Part shown: piece after piece, positions 11,776-24,238 of the stretch
Layout of the letters: each line of letters opens with the position of its first letter
Numbering within the stretch: position 1 is the stretch's first letter
DNA from: Oculina patagonica
Lineage: Eukaryota
Direction: 5' to 3'
Assembly (NCBI RefSeq): GCF_052425735.1
Contig: NC_135759.1
Location: 31,372,001 to 31,436,000 of the forward strand
Length of the DNA stretch: 64,000 nucleotides
Position numbers and translations under genes: made by a program
Notes under the pieces: generated by a model
Seen by the model: the letters and a program-made list of their open reading frames with translations, nothing else
Told to the model about the DNA's origin: nothing
Database searches by the model: none

Positions 11776-14700
11776 TTACAATCCCGTTACTTGCTCAATC
11801 CAGCCCCTTAGATAACGGACATTGGCATACACTCCCAACTTGTTCGCCCAGGCACATCCATCACCCCAGCTGACGACCCCTTCCAGGTACCATCTGCCAT
11901 TCCAGCTTTTACACACGTACGGTCCTCCACTGTCACCCTGGCAGGCGTCTTTGCCTCCAGCAATCAGTCCTCCACACAGCATACTCTCGTGGGTCCTTCC
12001 TGGATAGGTTCTCCGGCATTTACTGTACGGTACAATAGGTACGCTTACCTGGAAAAACACCGTAACACAAAATAATTAACCCCTTTTAAGGTGTCAACCG
12101 AGTGAAAAGGTCATCCATATTGATAATTGCGAGGAAAACACTGGAGTTGTATGCCAAAGCTGCAAAACCTTTTAAAACCAATTTTAAATAGGCTCTTGTC
12201 GAAGAAGGAAATCGCCCTCATGTGTTATGAAGGCGTTGTTTCTGCCGTTAACAAGCGAATTTAAATGTAAAATTAATACATTATCTTTATATGCAGATTA
12301 AGAAGCTGGGAGTGTATTAGCGAAATTTTCTGAACCGATTAGAAAAAACCTCCAGAACACTTTTAGAAACCGTCGGTTTTTAACAGTTGTCAGGAAAAAG
12401 GTAAAATGTCGCGTGCAGTCTATACTTTAACGACAGCTTTAAACCGCGTCAGTGACAATTGATTTGAGATAATTTTTTTTTAAAAAATTGTGTCTAATAT
12501 AAAAAGATTGTACTGTACCTGCATGAGGTAGTCTGGTGAAACACCAAGATGCTCAAGGCGACCCCATCCGGTAACAGTGCATTCTCTTCCCTGTTGATCA
12601 CCTTTATTTGGTAAACACACTGGTTGAACCACTCCGTTTAGTTGGGCTGGTCGGTGCAATTCCAGCAAAGCAATGTCATGAGCATACGACACAGGGTTGT
12701 GGTAGCTATGGTGGCGGACAATTCGGCGTACATTGAAGTCCTGTACCCTGTTATTCACCCTGGTCCTGTGGTGTGCTCCGAGCCTAAATAACGACACAAA
12801 GCCCCATTTATAGTACACGCCGCCAAAATAGTAAGATGCCGCTTTTCACCCTTGCCTTGCCGATTTTGTTAGAACATGGGTAACGTTCGGACGTGTACCC
12901 AAAACCAAATAATCGGCAATGCAAGGGAAACCAATACAGAAGCAACACAAGACACAGTTCACACGACACAATAGCGAAGCGTGCGAGGTCTAAAAATAGA
13001 ATGTAAATGAATATAACCGCCACAAGGTTCAAAAAACATCAGCGTGCTTTGAGAGAAATAGAAGAAATATAGGCAAAGTTTTCGTTTTGTAAAAGTGTTT
13101 TAGGAATACAGGCTGCTTTAGAAAATGTTTTATGAAAATCGTCCGACATTTTGGTTTGTTTGTCTGAGTCTTGTCTGAGTCGTGACGTCACTCGCGCGCT
13201 TCGCTATTCATCGTTGCCTTCGGTCTCCAAAACTGAAATAGCCTTGCTAAAACCCTTGCTAGGCAGTGTTTCATCCTTGCCTAGACACTAGACGTTCTTT
13301 AACGTAGCGTAAATGGGATTAAATTAACACTTAAAACTCTTTGTTTACTTGTGTGTATAATGAGCTTTCTCAATTTTTGAAGAAAATCTTTTATTGTTCA
13401 ACTATAGTGCAACCCTTATTATAAATCGGGTCATGGGAGACCTTTTCGCCATTTCGCTATTCAGTTCATCATTTAACCTTCGACAAATTTGCATTGTTGT
13501 AGTTATGGAGTATCTTAAAAGGCTAAAGTTTGTAATTATTCCTTTAGGCAACAACTTAAAAATGTGACGTTTTACCTTACTGAAAAATCTCCTTCTCTTA
13601 ATTTCTCCACGCAATGAGCTGCTGTCACAACCCATGTGGGGCTCAGTATTGAGCCACCACAAAATGGTCCACGACGGTTCATGAGCATGGCTTGCCATGG
13701 CCATGAATTAGGTGCAGCTTGAAATCCACCAACGATTCGAGATCGCGGACGAACACCACACCCATCTTGGAAAGAAAATACGAATTATCGTCGATACTAT
13801 TTGAAATACAGTCAACCCTTCTTAAACGGACACCTGTATAAGACGGACACCTGCGTAAGACGGACACCTAGTGATGGTCCGTGCCGTTTTCAGTCATTTT
13901 GCGTAAAAAATCTTCCTATAAGACGGATTCCTCTCTATAACACTTTGAAACCGTCAACGGACACTTCAAAACTTTGAAGTCATCGGCTCAAGGATATCAT
14001 ACTTACTCACCAAAAACAAAAAGGTCGTTTTCTCCTTACAGTGTAACAGTTTTTAAAAGCTCTTATTTTTTGGCTTCAACAAGCGAATGCACGCGGTCTC
14101 TTTTTTATATTTTACTCTTGTTCAAGTTTGCGAAGTGTACAATTAAGTTTTAAGACTAGAAGCCGTGAAGGTTTGCTTGAGCAAGGGAATACAGTTTAGA
14201 ATCAGTAAACTATTGTTTTTAATGAGCAATTGCAAGTTGGTCAATTTTCAAATATTGGTTTTGTCCCAGTTTGCAGATTTTGCCTAAGTACGCAACTATA
14301 AACAGACTTTAAACAGCCCTATATTTGCTGCTCATAGACACGTAGAACAAACGCCAGCTTCATTATCTTAGAATTACTGGTGTCACATTACCTCGAATCT
14401 TAAAGGAGATAGGTCACGGACAACACATTTAAAAAAAAATATGGCAAAATTGGTCTTAATCTTTATCAGTCGGAACCATTCTTGGTTATTTTTTCCTTTT
14501 TTATTACTCCTTTGTTGTTTTTCTTTATTAAAAAACTATAATTTTGAGGTTTCCTTCAATCTGAAAGAAATCAGAAAAATGACCTAATCTACCGTGACAT
14601 TGCTCCTTAGGCGGACACTTTTCTTACATGGACAGTTGGGGCTGGTCCCTAAGGTGTCCGTCTTAAAGAGAGTTGACTGTATTTATTTTTTAACTAAACG

Positions 14701-15802
14701 TGACAGTATTTGTAGCCCTAAAGCGCTGTTGAGGGCACGCCACACACGAAAGTGTTCATTCCTAAAGCGATAAGACACCTAGTTAGTTAAGCTTTATTAG
14801 CCAAAAGAAAGCTGGATGTAACTCAAAAAATAGCGAGGATAATGAGTCTGGTGCCGCTGAAGTCATTCTACATGAACCTCAAAACTATCAACCAAATTAC
14901 TGCTTACTCTCAGATGTAGTGTTTCAATTGTACTGACATATATATACTAACACACATGCTAAAATGATTCATGTCAGTGCTTAAGTAAACTGTGTAAAAG
15001 TTCGTTCTGACTCATGATCAAATTCTTTATTTTATGGGCCACTTTATGGAGACCTTTCGCGTTTTTTAATCAAGCTGTAGTAAGCATAAGGAAAATTCAA
15101 CTCTGCACAAGGCAGTTTCTAGAAAAGGCCATAACCTTAGTCTCTTAAAATCATTTATTATATAGAATAACAGTGCTTTAGCGAGTGGTAGCAAATACGA
15201 GCTAAAAATGGTATCCACACATTTGTGGATATCACATGGTATCCACACATAGTGTTGAGTCTCAATTTTTGACCAATCATCTCGCTATTTGCCACGTTTC
15301 CTAGCTCAATCCAAGCCAAAGTTTATCGATATTTAGTCAAAACAGTCTTCGGATCTTCCTCGGCAATCTTCGGTTAGCTTCGGAAATCTTAGGACATTTT
15401 TCGGGAAATGTTCGGAAACATTCCTACGACCTTCAAACAACATTTTGAAAATCTTCGATAAATCTTCGGAAAATCCTCGAAAAGCTCTTCGGAAAGTCAT
15501 CGCCAAAAACATTGTAATTAGTTGGTCTATATAATAAACAGAATATTACATGGTTCCTTGGAGATATGAAATTTATCTTCTCGTGTTCAAAACCGAATAT
15601 CTCACTCGTTCGCTGCGCTCACTCGTGAGATATAGATTTGAACACTCGAAGATAAATTTCATAATCTCCACGTCAACTATGTAATATCCTCTATTTCTCA
15701 TATGTTTTAAAAGAGTTCGTCATTTTTACAACAAGCGACTTGCTTACCTATGGATGAGAAAACTCCAAGGACTACAATTAACGCAAGAAATGCCATCTTC
15801 AT
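11776..15802 (-). CDS. Secreted trypsin-like serine protease (S1A), 4 exons, ~260 aa
   Basis: complement(join(11776..12048,12519..12783,13576..13765,15748..15802)), all GT-AG, phases 1-2-0. Signal peptide [19 protein letters not shown], activation site CGVRPRSR|IVGG, triad AAHC / HDIALL / GDSGGP, Asp189 (KDACQG). TATAAA at 15858-15863 and AATAAA at 11711-11716, both on the minus strand. Confidence 0.93.
13809..14679. mobile_element. Tc1/mariner-like MITE (TA TSD) in protease intron 1, carrying a nested TTAA MITE
   Basis: TA|CAGTCAACCCTTCTTAAACGGACACC ... GGTGTCCGTCTTAAAGAGAGTTGACTG|TA; nested element at 14400-14609. Confidence 0.8.
14400..14609. mobile_element. TTAA MITE (Kolobok-like), copy 2, nested
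   Basis: TTAAAGGAGATAGGTCACGG...CCGTGACATTGCTCCTTA; interior homologous to 6655-6869. Confidence 0.7.
15159..15694. mobile_element. Non-autonomous hairpin-ended element with internal (CTTCGGA-like)n repeats
   Basis: Imperfect palindrome at 15543-15687 centred on CTCGTTCGCTGCGCTCACTCG; degenerate cttcgga/aatcttcg repeats at 15345-15495. Confidence 0.6.
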
Positions 15803-15857
15803 ACGCCTTGGACGCCTAGCTTGTGAAGAGTGATGAAGCTTTGAAGGTGTTGCACAG

Positions 15858-15863
15858 TTTATA
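15858..15863 (-). promoter_or_regulatory. Candidate TATA box of the protease gene
   Basis: TATAAA on the minus strand, 56 bp upstream of the ATG. Confidence 0.5.
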
Positions 15864-17548
15864 TTGGAGTCCGTTGCAAAATCCATAATCCTGCAGACAT
15901 ACATCTGCGCAGATGTAATCAACATAGCCTCGACTAAGAACAAACAAATCAGTATTTGAAATGCAACTTTTGGCAAACGGGATAAAAGAAATAAGAGATC
16001 TATGACGGACAAATGTGAATGCAAATGACAGTTAATAAAACCGCCGATTAAATATTGATCATGACTATTAAAACTACGCTTTTTGTGTAAACTAAGAATG
16101 AGCAGTAGGAATAGCGATTCCTTGTCAAGTAAACGGCACCCATTTAGAGCACATTTACCGAAATGAATGACAGAATTTATTAACGACCTGGTTTGTGACG
16201 TTTACTCTGGACGCCCGAAATTAGACTTGAAAAATATGGCTAAATTAGTGCATCATCGAATAAATTCTTCGGACTATTAACGTTTTTCCTGTCCTATTTT
16301 TGTTTCGTTCCTTTTTCAGGTTTTCTTTTTGCATTTTTCATGTAATAATGCGCATCTTATTAGGTTCCAATAAAGATTACACCTCTGGATGACTTTTTCA
16401 AGTACACAAATAGTTTGTCTGCTCACCTGGTGGTATTAATCACACAGTTTTTGTTAAGGGAAAATTTAATGGTAGTAGGGTTTCTTCTGGACTGACGATC
16501 CTAAAGCATCCTTACCTGTAACATATCTCCTTTGTGACTAGGTTTCACATAAGGCCTCTGAAGCCCTCTAAGCCGCCCAAACCATTAACCCCTACCTACT
16601 CCACCCAATTTTCGTCCAAAATAGAGATTAACCTGAAGTTGACAACAAAATGTTCTCAGTTCAGTTTCGTTTTGTTTCTACACCTGTGCAGCTGTAAAGC
16701 TGAATTAAATCTCCCATTTTTCGAGGGACATTGAATTTAATTGAGAAGGTGACGTCTTTTGCCAGCAGAAAAGTTTCTAAAATTGGTTTCCTACTCGCTG
16801 ATGATAAATTTAAACAAATTTTTAGAAGGGATTCTGAAAACGTTAGTCGCTTTTTTCAAAGAAAGGTCACCATTTTTCAAGAACAGGTTGATTTTGTCTC
16901 TGATGTTCGGAAAAGCCTTAAGGGCGGGGAATAGGATATTTCAACATATCCTTTTCTTTTCTATTGGCAGACACGGGAATTTTAGAAGCATACCTTTTCG
17001 CTATACTTAGTTTGGGTAAAACCGGATAAATTTGTAATTTCAAATTCAGTGCAACTGGAACCAATTTTACATAGCCCTTTTGTACTTCCAGTTGAGAGTA
17101 AAATATAAAGCAACAAAATAATGAGAAAATTTAAAAGAGAGCTTTTCTTTGAATACATCATATTCTATCAGAGAGAAACCCTCTTTAAACGTATTTATAT
17201 ATGCTTTTGAAACATATATATTTACAGCAGTTTGTGGGTCTGTAAGCCCTTTCAAATCTGTATATTTTCCCAAGCAATGTGCAATGAAAATACACTAAGG
17301 GTATTTCCTTGTTCTTCACAAAAGCATCTAGACTATACTCCTGTGTTGCGTTCTGAAGACAGATTAACTCTCGATTCGATTCATCACAAAGTGCATACTT
17401 TTCTAATGGATAATTTGGAAGGGGAGGGTGAATTTTACGGTGAAAGGACGGTACAAGTACAAAACGTTTGAAGTTAAACGGGGATGTGAAAATATCTATC
17501 AAGCGGTTTAACCAGATCTTTCATTCCTATTTTTCATTAAATATCAGA

Positions 17549-17809
17549 TGAATTAATTAATTACCTTTAGACACGGTGGGGATTAAATCTATACGTTTGA
17601 GGGGCCGTGCATTCCCGATCGAACTGGAATTTGGAAGCGTTGTTTTTTGTGGAGGGAGGAAAACATGAGAACCTGGGGAAAACCGTCGGAGCAAGGACGA
17701 GAACCAACAACAAACTCAACCCACAAATGACGCCGAGTCCGGGAATCGAACCCGGGCACATTTTGGTGGGAAGCGAGCGCTCTCAGCACTGCGCCATCCC
17801 TGCAATCCC
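17549..17809 (-). mobile_element. tRNA-derived SINE
   Basis: The minus strand reads GGGATGGCGCAGTGCTGAGAGCGCTCGC (A box) ... CCGGGTTCGATTCCCGG (B box), then a non-tRNA body (GTGGGTTGAGTTTGTTGTTGGTTCTCGTCC) and an (ATTA)n tail. Confidence 0.8.
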
Positions 17810-17926
17810 AATGAACACTTTTTAACATATGTGTGGGTAAAACTTTATTTTATGTTCCAAGCGACATTTATCTTGTTATTTTTCTAAACAAGCTGCTTTT
17901 GACATTATTATTACTGTCCCCATTTT

Positions 17927-20900
17927 CTAGCAAGTTGATTGATCGTAGTCTTTGTATCGATTTTTGAAATTGGAGTCGTACTTCTTGTAGCATCGTGTCG
18001 CCGCGGCATCGCATTCACACAGCGCCTTCTGACAAGGAGTGTTTCCCAGGAACCACCATGATGCTTCATCAACTGTTAGACAAAAACATAAATGTAACAA
18101 ACAACCAAGTCAAATGAATGAGCCATTTTGCTTTAGTTTTTTTAGTTTTTATCCAAAACTAATTAGTGTAAATGATACCTTATTCTTACTTATTTTCGCG
18201 AGAACTAATTTTCGTGATTTCAAAATAGTCGCCAAATTTAATACGCGCGAAAAAACATTGCGCGAAAATTAATACAAACTTATAATTTATATCAAAACAG
18301 TAAAAAATTAAAATGTTTGGAACTGCAATGATTTATCCTTGAAAATACATTTCCGTCTTGTTTTCGATTAGCACCCTTCTTCTGATAACTGTTTTCTTCA
18401 GCTTGTAAATCGGCTAAAACCTTTTTAGTACAGTCACCAAAGTTTCCCTTTTGCCGAGATTCCTTGTAATTACATTGAACAAGACCTTTGTATATGTCTA
18501 GTAGCTTCACTACTGAGCCACAAAACACAGACAAAATCGCGAAATTTAATACACTTTTGCTCTAACTTTTCTTGCAATCGCGAAAATTAATACTCGCGAA
18601 AGTCGGCTCGCGAAATTAAGTACGCTCGAAAATTAGTAAGAATAAGGTAATATGCCATTTCCTAGCTTATGTTTAAGTGCTGTTATACTCCGAAAGTATG
18701 CCGTACTGTACTTATAAAACTAAACGTTGTAAGCAAGTGTTTTCTGCTGCTCTTACTGTTGCTCACATAATGATCGTTAAGTTCAATAAAACACGTATAT
18801 TTATTTGTTCATGAGTACAGTAGAACCCCGGTAACTCGAACTCGGATAACCAGCGAACAACCCCGCTAACTCGAACAAACTACCATTTCCCTTGATTTGA
18901 TCTCATTTTTCAGTCATTTTTACTCGGTAACTCGAACTCGGATAACTCGAAAACCCCGCTAACCGAACGAAATTTCGTTTTCCGATCAAAATTTGGGTCA
19001 AATTACCCCGATAACTCAATTCGGTTCTTGCAACTCGCCACTTATGCCTATTGATTAGTGCAACGACCAGATCACGTTTTGACAGCCTCTCGTATCATAA
19101 GAATTTATGATCGTGTTAGAGTTTCTGAAGAAATAAGTTTAATTTGCACTGTACTGTATACTGAAGTGCTGAAAAATCAGTAAACTATCAATTATTAACT
19201 TGGCAAATTAAAAATTCAATCGACCCCGAAAACTCCGCGAAACCCCGCTAACTCGAACTGTTTTTCGTTTCCCTTAAGAGTTTGAGTTACCGGGGTTTCT
19301 GGTTCTACTGTATTTACATAAAAATGCTTTTATAGTTATTGGGCGCTTTACTAAAATTGTCAAATTTTCAAAATTTCAAATGACAATCAACTCTAGGGAT
19401 GTGACACAATGCTTGTGCAATTTGATATAAAGCACGTGTATTTATACGAGGGTGAATTTCTTCAATATAATATATATATTTTTTGCTTTACTGAAATTTC
19501 CAAAATTTCAGAGTCACCCTAACACAGCATGTCAGTATTGGCAAAACGTTTTAATATCTGCAGTGTAGGCACTCATCTCAAAATCCCCATCTTACATTGC
19601 GTATTGACATACTTAATTAGAAGCTTTAAATTATAGACCGTTTTAGTTTGGGCATATAATGTTAACTTTCGGGGTTTATTGACTTGAACGCTCCAGAAAA
19701 TCATGAAATCTAAAATCGCAGCATTTTATTTCTTCACAAAAATGGGGATTATTTTCTCAACTTAAGGAATTTTGTTCCGTTAATTTTGGGTTAAATTAAG
19801 AGGAGGGAAATGCGTGCCTCGTCTTGATTATTGCTTGCTACGGCCCTTAACCCTTTGACACCCAGATTTTCCCAAAAAAAACGCTTTTCTAGCCGCTAAA
19901 CTGAAGTTTTGGTACTATGGTCTTGAATTTACCTCATCACTTCAGCAACATTTTGATAAAGATTCTGTGTAAAAACTGAACCGTTCCAAATTTTTTTTTG
20001 CCCCTTTTGCTTTCTTTTTTTCCTGCCTTCTTATTCTCCTTACTTTCTACTCTTCGTGTTCTTTCTTTTGGCCAAAGGAGTTTTGACGTTATCATTGGAA
20101 AACACTGAAAAGGGGACCTTGACCAATTACAGGTGTACTGGCCTGTTTAAGCAACGATTTTGCACCAAAAATGGATTGTGCTTTTCTTTGATTAGCTCTG
20201 TCAGAATGCAACCGATGTTCAAAATGAACAGTCCTGTAGAAAGGTCGATCCAAGCCCTGTCAGATTCTTATCACGAAATTCCACTGACGTGCTTATTGAT
20301 GACGTCACAAGTGAATCAATGACTGCATCTCCAAATAGCGCCTGAATGCGCGTTAGGGGTGAAAGGGTTAAACAGAACAAGGCATAGACTTGTACGACTT
20401 ACCGCAACCTGTACAGCCGTCTCTCCAGTAGGTAATAAAATACAATGGTGTATCGGAATCGACGTCACAAGTGTCTTGGATGTCAGTATAACACTTGTCA
20501 TGGATTTGACAACACCTACAAAAAGGAAAGGGGGAAAAATGGCGGGGAATCATTCATTTAATGAGAACTCGCTTTAGACTTAGACTCTAGGTATCATACC
20601 ACAACAAGATAATAATGTTATTTATCCAGGGAGCTCACATCACCAAAAGTATTATTAAGTGAGGCCCTGCAAAATAATAGTTCAAATTCAAAATTAAGAG
20701 ATTGAAAAATAGTTTAAGAATTTAAAAAGTTACAAGATAAAAAATTTATAGTATTAAAGTTCACAATAAAAGGCGCAGGATAAAAAATTTAGCTAAAAAC
20801 TTCTTTCTTAAAAAATAAAATTGCTTTATCTCTTTCGTTTTTTATTCCAATCTGCAAGTCCTTGGTATAAAAGGCGTTGCTTGCCATAATTAATCAAACT

Positions 20901-20965
20901 TAAGCATTGTGCTTAAAATCTGATCGTGTTTAAATAAAGGATGTGATGATGATGATGATGATGAG

Positions 20966-21008
<43 letters not shown>

Positions 21009-23384
21009 ACTAAACTTCCTAAGCATTGATAAGTTTGTCACTGAGCTGGCCCGATGGGGTAGATGGTCCTGGAGGGTCAAGTGACGCTGTACAAGCTAAA
21101 AATTATGATATTTCTTGAAAGAACTCTTCAAAGGAATCTGGTTTTGCGAGATATAGCAAAAACACATTTTCTTTTAAGGACTCGTCTTAACAACAATAAC
21201 AGACCCATACAGTGACAGTACGTTAAGATTACGCGATTGTCTTGCATGGTTGTCTTGGATTTATTGAAACTGATTTGATATCCCTGGTGGACTCGAGCAG
21301 AAAGAGGCGGAAATACTAGTAGAAAATTTGAACTAAATCCTTAAAGGAGACCAATCTAAGCGTGGCTCAAGCTTGCTTTTTAAGACTTCTTCCATACCGT
21401 AACTTTGCTATTGTGTTATTTTTAAAAGCCGGGCGATTTTATGGTATCACAGAAATGCAATATGTTGGATTTTGGTTGTGGTATCAGCATCACCATGCGA
21501 ACTGTTCGCATTAATTACACCCAAAAACAAGTCAGCAAGAGAACGGATATCAGTAACGAAACTTTGCGATAAATATAGACAGTCAAAGATCTAGCAGCCC
21601 ACCCTGTCATGTAGAGATACCCTAACCGTTAAAATGTAGACACTTTAGTTACCTATCAATCTCGTCCACAGGGTCTCCTTTTCCTCCTACTCCACACCAG
21701 CAGCCATAGCCATTGTAGTCAAGTGGATTTCTTCCAACTTTACACCAGATCATTGCACCAAACTGGACTGAATTTCTTTTTGTCCGCGTCAGTACTCTAC
21801 CTGCTTATTAATGTTATGTTAAGGTGTAAAAAATTGTGTCAAACATAAACAGTAGATAGTTTCCTGCAGTGCGTTTCTAAAAAAAAGTGGGAATCTAGCA
21901 GCTGTAGCTATTATAATCTCTTGACGATTTTTTTTTGTTAACTTCACACCAGACGATCTGTTTGACAAGTCACTTTTTTATTGATATACTTAGTCTAGCA
22001 CATTGAATTTAGCTGGTCCGTTACAGATGCACACAAAGTTGAATGAACAAAACATTCTGAACATTTAGTGACAATATATTTAAACGGTTAAAAAGTACTG
22101 CGATTTTGACCTCTTTAGTACATCGATAACTGAATATAACTAAGCCAATCAAAAGTAATTTCTTTTCAGAATAAATTACGGAAAACTTGCCAAAGCTAGA
22201 TACAGATGAAATTTTTATAATGTCGCGAGCGTGGGACAAAAAGAACAAATCTGAGTCCCCAACAGGAATCTACTTTATCATTCATCACCGAGCTTCAAAT
22301 TAACCATTTTTATTATTTATTCGCCTAAGCTTCTATTTACATTTTCAAACTACTAGCTGCAAACATTAATTAATGTTGAAGAACTTTGATCCAAAATTTG
22401 GAACCCATTCAGGGAATATAATTTTTTTTTATCGAGTTCATTGTTTCCGAAACCAGTCGGTCGCTTTAGGACCAACGGTCATCGCCATTTAAGAGCCTGA
22501 ATCTCACAACAGATAAAAATGAGTATTTTGTCGTTTTTATTCATTTTTGAATTCAAGCTAGTGAGAGTCTAGTGAGGAGAATTCAAAATAAATCTTGGAC
22601 TACAGTTTTATGAAAAGTTGTCAATGCTTCAAACCGACGACGCAAAACAGTGCGAGAAGTGGCTATCTAGTGTGAAGAAACACCTGTAAAGTCACAATGT
22701 GGTAATGGTCCTTTCAACAGAGAAAAACAGCTTTAATACAGTTGTGAACCCTATGCAAATTTAGACAGTTAATACATTACTTTATATAGTTTCAGTTATA
22801 GTATTCAGCTAAATTCCGCATACCTTGTTCATCATCAGTTGTGTCTATGGCGCCCACAGGGTCCTAATGTTCATTGCATTGTAGTGGTTTTTCAAAAAAA
22901 AAAAAAAAAGGAAAAGGCAACATTCAGTTAACTTCCTTTTGCCGTTATCATATACGGTGGAAACCGGAGAAGGCCAAACGTAATGCTAGGCCATTTAGTG
23001 TTGCTTCAGATTTTTTTCTCGAAATCTCAGCGTAAATAAATATCATTCTTTTATTCGTTTCCAAATGGGGACGGTTAAAACAACTATGATATTTAGATGC
23101 TATACTTGCTATAAGTTTTTGCTACATTAAATTGCGTAAAATCTTGCTAGACTTACGAAGTTACGAAGTTACGAAGTTATAGATTCACTGGACGAAAACG
23201 ACAGTATGGTGTCGTCAAATGCTATAATCTTGTTTAGAGATTAATATTGTTTTATAAATTCTATTTTAAATTCTATAATTATAATGATAATTCTAGTTTC
23301 ACATTACAGTACCTTCTCTACCGAAGGAAAAGAATCCCCACCCTTGATTAGTGCCAAGGCAATTAAGATAAACGTCACGCGCAT
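17927..23384 (-). CDS. Secreted phospholipase A2, copy A (acidic), 5 exons, 172 aa
   Basis: complement(join(17927..18072,20403..20515,21653..21800,22824..22863,23313..23384)). [46 protein letters not shown]|[50 protein letters not shown]...[16 protein letters not shown]...QSTC*. AATAAA at 17844-17849. Confidence 0.92.
18178..18647. mobile_element. MITE with TA TSD in PLA2-A intron 4
   Basis: TA|CCTTATTCTTACT ... AGTAAGAATAAGG|TA; internal CGCGAAAATTAA repeats. Confidence 0.8.
18818..19310. mobile_element. Tc1/pogo-like MITE in PLA2-A intron 4
   Basis: TA|CAGTAGAACCCCGGTAACTC ... GAGTTACCGGGGTTTCTGGTTCTACTG|TA; repeated TAACTCGAAC motifs. Confidence 0.8.
19851..20367. mobile_element. piggyBac-like MITE in PLA2-A intron 4
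   Basis: TTAA|CCCTTTGACACCC ... GGGGTGAAAGGG|TTAA. Confidence 0.8.
20944..21006. repeat. (GAT)n microsatellite
   Basis: About 20 GAT units with one interruption. Confidence 0.95.
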
Positions 23385-23989
23385 TTTCAAGGATGATACA
23401 AGAAGTTAGAGCAATCCTGCGAATGTATTCTTTTACAACTAGTGTATATTTCAAGGGAGGTTTTAGTTTGAACAACTTTGTCAACAAGAGATTAATATTG
23501 TTTTCAAAATCCCTTAAGTCAAATGTTAATAAAATATTGTATGAATTCGAATTAAAATTGCATTTTCAATATATCTGTTTTCCTTGACTATGAGCAGAAA
23601 ATATTCATCAATTGATCTTCCTGGAGCTTTCTCCAAACAGCTTTCTACCAGACGGAAATATAACGACGAATGAACTTTGATTTGCCTCACAGTTTTTAAA
23701 AGTGGCATTAAAAAAATTGATTTCATTCACGCAGGATTTGCTCTAATGTATACGTATATCCTCTTTAGGAAGAATAATATATTGTTGACGCAGCTGCTTA
23801 GAGCAACGGAACCTGATTTGCCACACGCTTTAAACTTGTCTGCTCAATTTTTATTATACTTTAGATATTCCAAAAGGCAATTTTCGATCCTTTCTAACTG
23901 TTGAAAGCATAATAAGCAAAATTACGGAGAGTAAAACGGTTATTATTCTTGGTTTTATCATATGAACAATTCGAGGCCGCGATAAAAAT

Positions 23990-24238
23990 GGGGGTAACCA
24001 AACTCGTTTTTGAGTTATGAGCAATTAAAGCTAAAACTAAGGGTGTTTTAACAAGTTTAACAAGTTACGCTGTCGCCATGGTAACTAATGATGTCAAGGA
24101 AATAACTACAACTTGTTTACCAATAGTTGGGCATTTGTTTGATGCAATTTTGTAGCAGCAACTGATAAAGATTTGTAGTACTGACCCATCATAGTACATG
24201 AGCTGAAAAGTGCTAAAAACTGTTGCCAGCCTCCTTAA
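23990..24238. mobile_element. Terminal fragment of a TTAA-ended DNA element (second fragment at ~42690-42890)
   Basis: Shared CTATGGTAAC..TGA.GTCAA and AAGTGCT.AAAACTGTTGC.AGCC motifs; ends in CCTTAA. Confidence 0.5.

Noticed and set aside
14908-14932. Extra micro-exon in protease intron 1 (AG...GTAAGC)
   Set aside because: 25 nt would break the frame, and exons 1 and 2 already join in phase.
17740-17805. tRNA gene (also 53881-53955)
   Set aside because: A and B boxes are present, but there is no complete cloverleaf and a SINE body follows.
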